Positions 47,725 through 57,964 of a DNA stretch of 64,000 nt are shown here, piece by piece. The position numbers and the translations under genes were made by a program. Within the stretch, counting starts at the first letter, position 1. Every line of letters starts with the position of its first letter. The notes beneath the pieces are model-generated. The model was not told the origin of the DNA, did not search any database, and saw only the letters and a program-made list of their open reading frames with translations. Source of the stretch: a bacterium (GTDB lineage: Bacteria; Desulfobacterota; JADFVX01); the NCBI GenBank assembly GCA_032250935.1, contig JAVVFD010000001.1, positions 10,976-74,975 of the forward strand, written 5' to 3'.

Positions 47725-49245
47725 ATGAATGTTAGGAATATGGTAATAAAAAGCCTCATCACCAAGATCATTATATCTACAACCTTGCTTTTATTCATTG
47801 CGATAGGTATATCGTGGTGGATACATATGAGGATTTACGAGGCTCAACTGATGGACGAGGTGAGAGAAAGGCTTGAAACGGTGCTCGATACCGCAGAAAG
47901 CAGTATTCTGAAATCAATGAGGATAGGGAAAACCGATGATACTCAGAATATCATGGAGCTTGTCAATTCTCATATGAAGGAGGAGTCTGTCGTCAGAATT
48001 TTTCATCCCGGGGGGATAATCATAAGATCTACAAATTTAAGGGAGACCGGCAAAAGAATTACGAGAGAAAAACTGGCGGCGCTAGGTGCAGGGGAAAGGG
48101 AATTCCTGTACCGCTCAAATAGCGGCAGGAGCCTCACTATGGCAAAACCTATTAAGAATATGCGCGAGTGTTATCTTTGCCATGGAGAGGGGGATAAAAA
48201 TATAGGCATACTTGAGGCAGAAATTTCCCTGGATGAGATGGATAATAAGGTGGGCGAGGCGAGACGCCTTTCCAATCTATCCGCCATTACTATCAGCCTT
48301 CTCCTTTCATTTTTCATATTTCTACTTCTTTTCTGGATAGTAATTAAACCGATTTCTAAATTGAACCGAAAAATGGCGCTTGCTGAAAAGGGGGATCTTA
48401 CCGTCAGGAGCGGACTTGTAAAGGGCGATGAACTAGGCAAGCTCGGCAGGAGCTTTGATTCGATGATTGAAAAACTTCAGGAAGCAAGGGCGCAGCTGGA
48501 GAAATATCATTATCAGCAGCTAATAAGGGCGGACAGGCTGGCATCAGTCGGCGAGCTTGCATCAGGCATCGCCCATGAGATAAAAAATCCACTTGCAGGC
48601 ATAGCCGGGGCCGTGCAGATATTTGCCCGGGAATTTAAAGAGGATGAAAAAAAGAGCGTAATATTAAAAGAAATACTTCAGCAGATAGGACGGCTGGACA
48701 AGTCGGTAAAAGACTTGTTAAACTATGCTTCTCCCTCTATGTCGGAACTCGCAATGGGAGATCTGAATCAAATCGTTGAAAAGGCGCTTTTCTTTGTAAT
48801 TCAGCAGCCTAATGCGAGAGAGATAGAGTTTGTAAAGGAGCTGGATACCTCGGTGCCCCAAATCCTGGTGGATGAAAAACAGATTCAGCAGGTATTGCTG
48901 AATCTGTTTTTAAATGCCTTAAACGCCATGTCCGGCGAAGGTATGATGCGGATTTCAACCTTTAAGGATGGTGATGACTCTCTTGCAGTAGAGGTTGAAG
49001 ATAACGGCGCAGGTATTTCGGAAGCGGATATGGCCAAACTTTTTATCCCATTTTATACATCAAGAGAGGACGGAACAGGTTTGGGTCTGCCGATCACCAA
49101 AAGGATTGTAGAGCAGCACGGCGGTAATATTTCCATACGCAGCATTGTCGGGAAAGGAACCTGCATAAAAATTACATTACCCATAAAAGGGGCCAATAAG
49201 GAGACACGTATTAAAGATGAAAAAGTCCAAGATACTGGTAGTTGA
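47725..49245 (+). CDS. Sensor histidine kinase (PilS-like) whose periplasmic domain contains a CxxCH haem motif
   Basis: Transmembrane helix, a periplasmic domain containing CYLCH, a second transmembrane helix, HAMP, the HisKA H-box (IAHEIKNPLAGI) and HATPase_c. I believe a single periplasmic CxxCH motif also marks the Tll0287-like (DUF3365) haem-c sensor domains. Confidence 0.8.
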   Translation: MNVRNMVIKSLITKIIISTTLLLFIAIGISWWIHMRIYEAQLMDEVRERLETVLDTAESSILKSMRIGKTDDTQNIMELVNSHMKEESVVRIFHPGGIIIRSTNLRETGKRITREKLAALGAGEREFLYRSNSGRSLTMAKPIKNMRECYLCHGEGDKNIGILEAEISLDEMDNKVGEARRLSNLSAITISLLLSFFIFLLLFWIVIKPISKLNRKMALAEKGDLTVRSGLVKGDELGKLGRSFDSMIEKLQEARAQLEKYHYQQLIRADRLASVGELASGIAHEIKNPLAGIAGAVQIFAREFKEDEKKSVILKEILQQIGRLDKSVKDLLNYASPSMSELAMGDLNQIVEKALFFVIQQPNAREIEFVKELDTSVPQILVDEKQIQQVLLNLFLNALNAMSGEGMMRISTFKDGDDSLAVEVEDNGAGISEADMAKLFIPFYTSREDGTGLGLPITKRIVEQHGGNISIRSIVGKGTCIKITLPIKGANKETRIKDEKVQDTGS

Positions 49246-50590
49246 TGACGAAGAGCTGATTCGCTGGTCGTTGGAACAGAACCTTAAAGGGGAGGGATAT
49301 GAAGTTCTTTTGGCGTCGACAGGTGAAGAAGCGCTTCGAATTGCCCGTGAAGAGATGCCCGGGCTAATCTTTCTTGATCTGCAATTGCCCGGAATTAGCG
49401 GTATGGAAGTTCTGCAGAAGGTAAAGGAGATCAATAAAGACATTATAGTCGTGATCATTACCGCCCTTGGCGTCGTTGAAATGGTAGTAAAGGCCATGAG
49501 ACTTGGCGCCTATGACTATATAAACAAGCCCTTTAACCTTGATGAGGTTTCCATTCTTGTAGAAAAGGCGATGGAAACGATTCGGCTTAGAAAAGAAGTG
49601 GCTTCGCTAAGGGCGGAGCAGGATAAGATCTTAAGTCCTGTCAATATTATAGGTTGCGACCCCAAGATTGAGGGGGTTATGGATATGGTTGAAAAAGTCG
49701 CAAAAAGCGATACTACGACAGTGCTTATAACGGGAGAGAGCGGAACCGGAAAAGAGCTTATAGCAAAATCTATTCATAATCATAGCGCTCGGGCGGGGGA
49801 GCCTTTTATGGCGGTGAACTGCGCCGCTCTGCCTGAGACGCTGCTCGAAAGTGAATTAATGGGCCATGAAAAAGGAGCCTTTACCGACGCAAAAACGATG
49901 AAAAAAGGTCTCTTTGAGCTTGCCGACGGAGGGACTCTTTTCCTTGATGAGATAGGGGATATGCCCGTCGGCATGCAGGCCAAGATTCTCAGGATTCTTG
50001 AGGAAAGAGTTTTTAGAAGAGTCGGCGGCTCAAAGGATATAACCGTTGATGTAAGGATCGTATCGGCAACAAATAAGGATCTCTTAAAGGCGATTGAAGA
50101 AGGGACATTCAGGGGAGACCTTTACTACCGGCTCCAGGTGATACCGATAAACCTCCCCCCGCTGAGGGAGAGGAAGGGAGATATTATCCCGCTGGTGATG
50201 CATTTCGTCGAATATTTCAGTAAGGAGTTCAATAAAGAGGTTAAGGGTATATCAAAAGTAGCCGAGAAGTTTCTCGTTGAATATGCCTGGCCCGGTAATA
50301 TCAGGGAGCTTAGAAATGTTATAGAAAGAGCGATAATTCTTGAAAGCGGAGACACCCTTTTACTCGAACATCTGCCTCTTGAAATCGTATCTATGGGCTC
50401 AACGCCTTCCACGGGCGGTCTTGACATACAGATTCCACCGGAGGGGATATCTATTGAGGACGTGGAAAGACAGCTCATTGAGCAGGCCCTTGATATAACT
50501 AACGGTAACCAGTCGAAGGCCGCAAAGAAGATCGGCCTGGGGATAGATGCCTTTCGCTACAGGATGAAGAAATTCGACCTGCTGAAATAA
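49217..50590 (+). CDS. Sigma54-dependent response regulator (NtrC/PilR family)
   Basis: REC domain (VVDDEE...D), an AAA+ sigma54-interaction domain (GESGTGKE, GAFTDA) and a C-terminal HTH. Confidence 0.85.
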   Translation: MKKSKILVVDDEELIRWSLEQNLKGEGYEVLLASTGEEALRIAREEMPGLIFLDLQLPGISGMEVLQKVKEINKDIIVVIITALGVVEMVVKAMRLGAYDYINKPFNLDEVSILVEKAMETIRLRKEVASLRAEQDKILSPVNIIGCDPKIEGVMDMVEKVAKSDTTTVLITGESGTGKELIAKSIHNHSARAGEPFMAVNCAALPETLLESELMGHEKGAFTDAKTMKKGLFELADGGTLFLDEIGDMPVGMQAKILRILEERVFRRVGGSKDITVDVRIVSATNKDLLKAIEEGTFRGDLYYRLQVIPINLPPLRERKGDIIPLVMHFVEYFSKEFNKEVKGISKVAEKFLVEYAWPGNIRELRNVIERAIILESGDTLLLEHLPLEIVSMGSTPSTGGLDIQIPPEGISIEDVERQLIEQALDITNGNQSKAAKKIGLGIDAFRYRMKKFDLLK

Positions 50591-50604
50591 GGCGCTTACC
50601 TGTT

Positions 50605-51906
50605 CTATTTTGACTTTCTAATATCAACAATATGGACAGAGCAGGATATGCAGGGGTCGTAGGCCCTTGCTACCTTTTCAAGCTGTAGTTTCAGCTTTTC
50701 TTCAGATTCATCTATGGCAATATGGGTAGCCGCTCGGATGTCTTTTTCCATATTTTCAAGATTGATGGCCGTTGGAGTAATAACATCTGCATCGGTAACA
50801 ATCCCCTTATCGTCTACGGTGTAGGAATGATAAAGTGTTCCTCTGGGGGCTTCCGTTCCGGCTGCTCCACTCCCGCCCGTAAGTTTACCAGGCCTGGCAA
50901 GCTCCTCCTCTTTGTATCCATCGGCCATGATCTGATCTATGACCTCTATCGCCCTTTCGAATGATTGAAGCACCTCAATCGCCTGCCCGAGGTTGTTCCA
51001 GAGGATATTATCCGGATCAAAGGCCGGCTCAAGTCGCTTCATCTCCTTTCCTGCCTTGCCGGAAAGCTTATGTCTATGCAGATAAAGGCGTGCAAGTGCT
51101 CCAACCATAAAAGGTTTTTCCTTATAAAGTGAGTGTTTTGCATGAGAGTGCGACACGACAAATTCGTTACAGAGCTCCTTGTACTTTTCTATAGGAAGCG
51201 TATCACCTGTGGAGACCAGAATATTGTCGCCCTGATAACGGTAGTTGTCCGATCCGTCATCAAGAGCTGAAAAAATAGAAGGGGATGCGTTTATATTTTC
51301 TTTTGAAATGTTTTCTATAAAGGAAAGCGTTTCAAGGGTATCCGGTATTTTGGCCTCTAAATCGCTGCGGAGCGCAAGCAGCTCGGCCTTCTCCGGAACT
51401 TTCCCGAACCCGCCCACTTCGGCATTTACCTGATGGATCTTCCGCCCGCCTACAATCTCTTGTATTGAGTTTCCAAGTTTTTTGAGTCCCAGCCCCATCC
51501 TGACGACGGCTCCATGCCTGTCGGCCATGGCCGCAACTCCGGGGAAACCGAGAAAATCCGGGGCTGCAAGGCAAAATAGATGCAGCGTGTGACTCTCGAT
51601 TGTTTCGCCCAGGATCAAAAGCTCCCTTAGCAATTTTGTCTGCTTTGACACCTCAAGGCCGATAGCCTTTTCAACCGCCCTTATAGCCACAAGTCTGTGA
51701 GACGCGGAGCATATTGCGCAGATTCGACACATAATCATAGGCACATCCTTATAGTGCCTGCCCCGAATGAGCGCTTCAAAAAAGCGCGAGCCTTCGAAAA
51801 TCTCCATCTTCACGTCCAAAAGCTTTTTTCCGTCAAGCTCCACCCGGATGCCGCCATGCCCCTCAACCCTATAGAGATGATCCACTTTAATAGTCTTGTT
51901 GGCCAT
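50605..51906 (-). CDS. hydA: [NiFe]-hydrogenase large (alpha) subunit, group 3b (sulfhydrogenase/NAD(P)-coupled bidirectional type)
   Basis: N-terminal RICAICSASH and C-terminal DPCISCSVH Ni-Fe ligand motifs. Confidence 0.8.
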   Translation of the reverse strand: MANKTIKVDHLYRVEGHGGIRVELDGKKLLDVKMEIFEGSRFFEALIRGRHYKDVPMIMCRICAICSASHRLVAIRAVEKAIGLEVSKQTKLLRELLILGETIESHTLHLFCLAAPDFLGFPGVAAMADRHGAVVRMGLGLKKLGNSIQEIVGGRKIHQVNAEVGGFGKVPEKAELLALRSDLEAKIPDTLETLSFIENISKENINASPSIFSALDDGSDNYRYQGDNILVSTGDTLPIEKYKELCNEFVVSHSHAKHSLYKEKPFMVGALARLYLHRHKLSGKAGKEMKRLEPAFDPDNILWNNLGQAIEVLQSFERAIEVIDQIMADGYKEEELARPGKLTGGSGAAGTEAPRGTLYHSYTVDDKGIVTDADVITPTAINLENMEKDIRAATHIAIDESEEKLKLQLEKVARAYDPCISCSVHIVDIRKSK

Positions 51907-51907
51907 T

Positions 51908-52675
51908 TTATTTCTTGTCCTTAAATTGATTCTCGATTATTTCAGCTGTTGGTGAGAAGACCTGCATCATCCTTGCAATCTCATCCTCTGCAACCCCTTT
52001 TTCTTTGAGGATATTATATTCCATAGCCACATTTGCCTCATCTATCGGGCCAAAGCAACTATCGCAACCGAGGTAATGAGTTGGACACCTGGCATCGCAT
52101 CCAGCCGATGTAATGGGGCCAAGACAGGGAACGTTGTGATGAATCAGGACGCACTCATTCTCTTTTCGTTTGCACTCGCTGCAAACGGGGTAGTCGGGGA
52201 AGAGGGGAAGGTCGCCGTGCAAAAGTTGTCCCACAGCCTTTAAGAATTGGCTCTTCTCGATGGGGCATCCATGAAGGGCAAAATCGACTTTTACGTGTTT
52301 ATGCAGTGGAGAGGGAGTGACAGAGGGTATGAAAGCGCCCGCCTTGCCATAAACGATTTCCTTTAGCTCCTCCCTGTCTCTTTCATAATCTATGGCGGCT
52401 ACACCTCCGTAGGTGGCACAGGCGCCGATGGCTATAAGCAGTCCTGCCTTTTTTCTGATACCTTTGAGGATCTCTATCTCTTTTTCGAGGGTTACCGTCC
52501 CCTCGACAAAGGCGATGTCGAGATCAATGTCGAGGTTATTGCTTTGCGCCATTCCGAAGGAAATTATGTCGACGGCCCCCACAATATCAAGCAGCTCATC
52601 CTCGCAGTTGAGGATCTCCAGTTGACAACCTTCGCAGCAGGTAAGGCTGAATATGCCTATCTTGGGTTTGGACAT
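51908..52675 (-). CDS. hydD: [NiFe]-hydrogenase small (delta) subunit
   Basis: IGIFSLTCCEGCQ, the proximal-cluster N-terminus. ATG at 52675 has a GGAGAT ribosome-binding site; the listed longer ORF starts at a TTG. Confidence 0.75.
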   Translation of the reverse strand: MSKPKIGIFSLTCCEGCQLEILNCEDELLDIVGAVDIISFGMAQSNNLDIDLDIAFVEGTVTLEKEIEILKGIRKKAGLLIAIGACATYGGVAAIDYERDREELKEIVYGKAGAFIPSVTPSPLHKHVKVDFALHGCPIEKSQFLKAVGQLLHGDLPLFPDYPVCSECKRKENECVLIHHNVPCLGPITSAGCDARCPTHYLGCDSCFGPIDEANVAMEYNILKEKGVAEDEIARMMQVFSPTAEIIENQFKDKK

Positions 52676-53532
52676 CAGATGATCTCCTTCATATTGATTA
52701 CATCCCAATAGGTAAAAATAGGGCCATCAATGCAGGTATATTTAAAACCGACACTGCAATGAACGCATTTGCCGATACCGCACTTCATCTTCCTTTCCAG
52801 GGACATGAGTATCCTTCCCTTTGAAAAGCCTTTTTCAAGAAGCTTGTCTATGACGAATTTGTACATAACAGGAGGCCCGCATATTGCGGCATAGGTCTCG
52901 TCTGGATTGATATGGAACTTGCCAAAAAGGTCGGTAACAAATCCTTTTTCTCCTTCCCAGCTGCCGTCGACATCATTCTCAACGGCAAGGAAGGTTTTAA
53001 TGTCAGCCCTGTCCATAAGAGAGAGGAGTTCTCCCTTGAAGAGTAAATCCTCCTTGTCTCTGGCGCCATACATCAGTATGACCTCGTTAAAGCGCTTGCG
53101 ATGATCCATTGCATAATGCAGAAGCGAGCGGAGCGGGGCCATGCCTATCCCACCGGCAATGATGATAAGGTTGTTTCCCTCCATGACCTCGACGGGATAG
53201 CCGTTACCATAGGGCCCCCTCATTCCAAAGAGTGCGTTTTGACCGAGGGAGTGGAAGGCGTCGGTAACCCTGCCAGCCTTCCTGATGCATAAATCTACGG
53301 TGCCGTGCCTTGTCGGCGATGATGCGATAGATATGGGGCATTCTCCCGTCCCCATAACGCTGACCTGAACGAACTGGCCCGGTTTATGATCGAATGCCTC
53401 TGCAAGGGCATCGTCCTCCAGCCTTACCTTGAACAGCATTGTGTCATCGGTTTGGGGTGTGGCGGCCACAATCCTGCATTGTTGCGGGAGGTAGGGGTTA
53501 TTTAAAAGCGCTTTTTGGGCTAAATGTATCAT
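52675..53532 (-). CDS. hydG: Hydrogenase gamma subunit (FAD/NAD(P)-binding oxidoreductase with a C-terminal [2Fe-2S] cluster, PyrK/HydG-like)
   Basis: FNR-like fold (PGQFVQV, GGIGMAPL) and a C-terminal CGIGKCVHC. Confidence 0.75.
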   Translation of the reverse strand: MIHLAQKALLNNPYLPQQCRIVAATPQTDDTMLFKVRLEDDALAEAFDHKPGQFVQVSVMGTGECPISIASSPTRHGTVDLCIRKAGRVTDAFHSLGQNALFGMRGPYGNGYPVEVMEGNNLIIIAGGIGMAPLRSLLHYAMDHRKRFNEVILMYGARDKEDLLFKGELLSLMDRADIKTFLAVENDVDGSWEGEKGFVTDLFGKFHINPDETYAAICGPPVMYKFVIDKLLEKGFSKGRILMSLERKMKCGIGKCVHCSVGFKYTCIDGPIFTYWDVINMKEII

Positions 53533-54587
53533 TTTTCGATATCCTCCCCGTGTATACAGGATATATCTCCCTTAATCTTCTTAATCATCCCCACAAAATG
53601 AATGTCGGCCGGACAATCCTGGGTGCATCTTCCGCATCCCACGCAGCTTGGTCTGCCGAAATCGCCCATGAAGGCCTGATGTTTATGAAGAAATCTGTGC
53701 TTAAACCTGTCCGCTCTTTCGGCCCTGAAGTTGTGGCCGCCTGCAACCATGGCGTGGCTTTTGAAAAGGCAGGAGTCCCAGCATCTCTTCCTTTCCCCGG
53801 TCTCACCGTCAAGACATACCTCATCATTAACGTCAAAACAGAAACAGGTTGGACATACCATGGAACAGATACCGCAGTTAAAGCACTTGTTTCCCATCTC
53901 CTCCCATATCTCGCTCTTATATTCCATATCCAGTATGGCAGGAAGGTCCGCCTCGTCGACTTTTGTTTTAAAGAGGCCGGGGAATTCGTTGATTCTTTTT
54001 TTATATTCGGCTATATCTTCCTCGCTGCAGGAGCTAAAAAGCTCTTCAGCCGAGCTGACCATATCGTCTCCGAGGCTTGAGCCAACCTTGACAAGATACC
54101 CATCACCTACGTCTGAAAGGAAAAGATCAAACCCTTCTTCTACAAAACTGGTTCCCATGCTGTGACAATAGCATAGATCATCGGGTATGCAGCTCATTCC
54201 GATGATGGCCACCTCTTTTCTTCGCCTGAAGTAATAGGTGTCTACATACTTTCCGGAAAAAACCCGATCCAGAGACAAAATGGCATTAATATCGCAGGAA
54301 TGGACCCCGAAAAGTATCTTTTTCCCTTCATCCTCGAAGGCATCCTCAAAACCTTTTTCAGGGGAAAATTTCAGGAGTGTGTCTACGGGCTTGTGAAAAT
54401 ATTTTTTTAAGGGGAGGATGGTTCTTGTATAATCATCACCGGAAAGGACGACTTTTGAGAGATCACTGACGGGTAGAAAGGAAAATGATTTCTTGCCCTT
54501 TTTCTGGGGGGCATGTACTTCTCCAAATGAGCCAAGGTGGCTAAGAAATTCAAGCAGTTTCCCGCTGGGCAGTTTGACTATTTTCAC
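53529..54587 (-). CDS. hydB: Hydrogenase beta subunit (ferredoxin-like, two [4Fe-4S] clusters; HydB-like)
   Basis: CFNCGICSMVCPTC and CVGCGRCTQDC. The GTG start at 54587 (VKIVKLPSGK...) follows an AGGGAGGA ribosome-binding site and matches HydB-type N-termini. Confidence 0.75.
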   Translation of the reverse strand: MKIVKLPSGKLLEFLSHLGSFGEVHAPQKKGKKSFSFLPVSDLSKVVLSGDDYTRTILPLKKYFHKPVDTLLKFSPEKGFEDAFEDEGKKILFGVHSCDINAILSLDRVFSGKYVDTYYFRRRKEVAIIGMSCIPDDLCYCHSMGTSFVEEGFDLFLSDVGDGYLVKVGSSLGDDMVSSAEELFSSCSEEDIAEYKKRINEFPGLFKTKVDEADLPAILDMEYKSEIWEEMGNKCFNCGICSMVCPTCFCFDVNDEVCLDGETGERKRCWDSCLFKSHAMVAGGHNFRAERADRFKHRFLHKHQAFMGDFGRPSCVGCGRCTQDCPADIHFVGMIKKIKGDISCIHGEDIEK

Positions 54588-54706
54588 GATTTCCTCCCTT
54601 TGCAAATGCTTACAAGTAAAAGATAGCATAGATGATTAAAGAGTCAATAGTAGAAATAAACATTGTGGAAATAAGTTTCGTTTATAATATAAGCATGTGA
54701 AATTGC

Positions 54707-54735
54707 TTGACATGCATAAGGCAGATCAGTACAAT
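54707..54735 (+). promoter_or_regulatory. Consensus sigma70 promoter for the rplU-rpmA-obg-proB operon
   Basis: TTGACA, then a 17-nt spacer, then TACAAT, located about 50 nt upstream of rplU. Confidence 0.55.
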
Positions 54736-54782
54736 GTTCTATTTTGCGAAGATAAGTCTATACGATTTTGGAGGATTCAGAT

Positions 54783-55094
54783 ATGTACGCGGTTATTGCA
54801 ACTGGTGGTAAACAGTATAAGGTGTCGGAAGGAGATATCGTCAGGGTTGAGAAGCTAAGTGGCGATGTTGGTTCGAATGTGGAAATATCCGATGTCTTGA
54901 TGGTAGGTGGAGAAGGTGATTTAAAGGTAGGTACGCCTCTCGTTGAAAAAGCGACGGTTGCCGGAAAGATCGTTGAACAGGGCAAGGATAAGAAGGTGCT
55001 TGTCTTTAAGAAGAAAAGAAGAAAGGGCTATAAGAAGCTGCAGGGACATCGTCAGCAATATACCGCCCTTAAGATAGAAAAGATTAAGGCTTAA
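54783..55094 (+). CDS. rplU: 50S ribosomal protein L21
   Basis: [17 protein letters not shown] at 54783 has a GGAGGA ribosome-binding site; the listed ORF begins at an upstream TTG. Confidence 0.9.
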   Translation: MYAVIATGGKQYKVSEGDIVRVEKLSGDVGSNVEISDVLMVGGEGDLKVGTPLVEKATVAGKIVEQGKDKKVLVFKKKRRKGYKKLQGHRQQYTALKIEKIKA

Positions 55095-55105
55095 GGGAGA
55101 GTACA

Positions 55106-55363
55106 ATGGCTCATAAAAAAGCAGGTGGAAGTACCAGAAACGGAAGAGATAGCGAAAGCAAGCGACTTGGCGTCAAGAAGTTTGGCGGCGAGGCGGTGAA
55201 GGCAGGTAATATTATTATCCGTCAGAGGGGAACAAAGGTTCATCCCGGCAAGAATGTCGGACTGGGGAGAGATCATACAATCTTCTCTCTAATCGAGGGA
55301 GTTGTGACCTTCGAGCCACACAGAAGCGGTAGAAAAAAGGTAAGCGTTTACGCAGCAGCCTAA
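55106..55363 (+). CDS. rpmA: 50S ribosomal protein L27
   Basis: [16 protein letters not shown]. Confidence 0.9.
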   Translation: MAHKKAGGSTRNGRDSESKRLGVKKFGGEAVKAGNIIIRQRGTKVHPGKNVGLGRDHTIFSLIEGVVTFEPHRSGRKKVSVYAAA

Positions 55364-55394
55364 CAGTCCACCTCTTAGTAGTTACATTTCACTT

Positions 55395-55434
55395 AGGCCA
55401 TAAGGATGCTATATCCTTATGGCCTTTTGTTTGT
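55395..55434 (+). terminator. Hairpin plus T-tract (terminator/attenuator) between rpmA and obg
   Basis: AGGCCATAAGGAT-GCTAT-ATCCTTATGGCCT, followed by TTTGTTTGTT. Confidence 0.4.
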
Positions 55435-55492
55435 TATGATCTATAAGGTTTGAAATGCTAGGCAAAAAGGGCAATTTCAATAAGTCCTTTAA

Positions 55493-56539
<1,047 letters not shown>

Positions 56540-56542
56540 GCT

Positions 56543-57673
56543 ATGAGTGATATGGATCTCAGAAGAAAGACTCTTGCAGGTGTAAAGCGAGTCGTTGTAA
56601 AGATAGGTAGCGGCGTGCTGACTCACCATAGCGAGATTATTGACCTTGCAGTCATAGAGGCTATTGCATCCGACATTTCCACCTTTGTAGATGATGGAGG
56701 CGAGGCAATTATCGTCACCTCGGGCGCCGTGGCAGCCGGACAAAAGAAGCTGGGAATAAAGGGCAGGCCAAATGGAATACCTGAAAAGCAGGCTGCCGCC
56801 GCAGCGGGGCAAAGTACGCTCGTCCGCTATTATGAAAACGCTTTTGAGAAAGGCGGAAAAAGGGTTGCCCAGATACTTCTTACGGGCGATGCCTTAAGCA
56901 ATAGAAAGAGATATCTTAACGCCAGAAATACTATATTTACTCTTCTTGATTATGGCGCTATTCCTATTATAAATGAAAACGATAGCGTTTCCGTTGATGA
57001 AATAAAATTTGGTGATAACGACAACCTTTCCGCAATGGTGGCTGGGCTTGCCGATGCGGATCTCTTGATTATTTTAACGGATACGGAAGGACTTTTTGAT
57101 ATGGACCCCAGGAGGTTTCCTGAGGCCAGGCTCATTCAGACGGTAAGAGATTTTTATGCTCAGACCAAAGGCGCTTCGAGAGGTTCTTCCGAGACAGGTA
57201 CGGGCGGGATGATAACAAAGATTGAGGCGGCGAGGAAGGCTGCTACCTTTGGAGTTCCTACGATTATTGCAAATGGAGAGAGGAAAGGGGTCATCCATAA
57301 CATAATGAAAGGCGAGGAGCTGGGAACATTCTTCATTCCGAATGATGAGCATATAAAAGGGAAGAAAAAGTGGATCGCCTGCAACCTGAATCCGACAGGC
57401 GCTGTCTTTGTAGATAGCGGCGCAAAAGCTGCTCTTAAGAGAGGAAACAGCCTTTTGCCATCGGGTGTGACGAGAATTTCCGGCAATTTCTCTTTCGGTG
57501 ATCTGGTGGAGATATTTGAAGAGGGCAAAGAAAGGTTCGCCTGCGGACTCGTACAGTTCGATAGCGGCGATCTTGAAAAGATTAGAGGGCTTAATACATC
57601 AGAGATAGAGAAAGCACTGGGAAAAAAGGAATATGAAGAGGTCGTTCACAGGGACGACATGGTTTTTTCCTGA
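56543..57673 (+). CDS. proB: Glutamate 5-kinase with a C-terminal PUA domain
   Basis: Amino-acid kinase fold (VVKIGSG, INENDSV) with a PUA domain at the C-terminus. Confidence 0.9.
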   Translation: MSDMDLRRKTLAGVKRVVVKIGSGVLTHHSEIIDLAVIEAIASDISTFVDDGGEAIIVTSGAVAAGQKKLGIKGRPNGIPEKQAAAAAGQSTLVRYYENAFEKGGKRVAQILLTGDALSNRKRYLNARNTIFTLLDYGAIPIINENDSVSVDEIKFGDNDNLSAMVAGLADADLLIILTDTEGLFDMDPRRFPEARLIQTVRDFYAQTKGASRGSSETGTGGMITKIEAARKAATFGVPTIIANGERKGVIHNIMKGEELGTFFIPNDEHIKGKKKWIACNLNPTGAVFVDSGAKAALKRGNSLLPSGVTRISGNFSFGDLVEIFEEGKERFACGLVQFDSGDLEKIRGLNTSEIEKALGKKEYEEVVHRDDMVFS

Positions 57674-57688
57674 TTAGTTCAATTAGCC

Positions 57689-57955
57689 TCAAGATTTTCT
57701 GACGAAGGTCATCTGGAGGTTTGATAAAAGATTCTCCAGCAGTTTTTCTTCATCTGTCGTCAGGTTGTTTGATGTTTTTTCTCTCAGCATCATGATGATA
57801 TCAATAGTCTCTTTTGCCATGTCCATGTCCTTATTGAACTTCCCTGTGTCGGGATCAGGTATTTCACCAAGGTGGAACTCGGCAGCCGTGAAGAGAGAAA
57901 GTATGAAAGTGGAGAAATCTATTTTCGGCAGGCCCTGCCTGGTTTGTTCAGACAC
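57689..57955 (-). CDS. DUF1844-domain protein
   Basis: LPKIDFSTFILSL...LGEIPDP.TGK pattern. Confidence 0.55.
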   Translation of the reverse strand: MSEQTRQGLPKIDFSTFILSLFTAAEFHLGEIPDPDTGKFNKDMDMAKETIDIIMMLREKTSNNLTTDEEKLLENLLSNLQMTFVRKS

Positions 57956-57964
57956 TTCTTTCCC

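Noticed and set aside
53439-54165. Plus-strand ORFs of 213 and 144 aa across the hydrogenase beta/gamma genes
   Set aside because: They lie antisense to the Fe-S motif-rich hydrogenase subunits.
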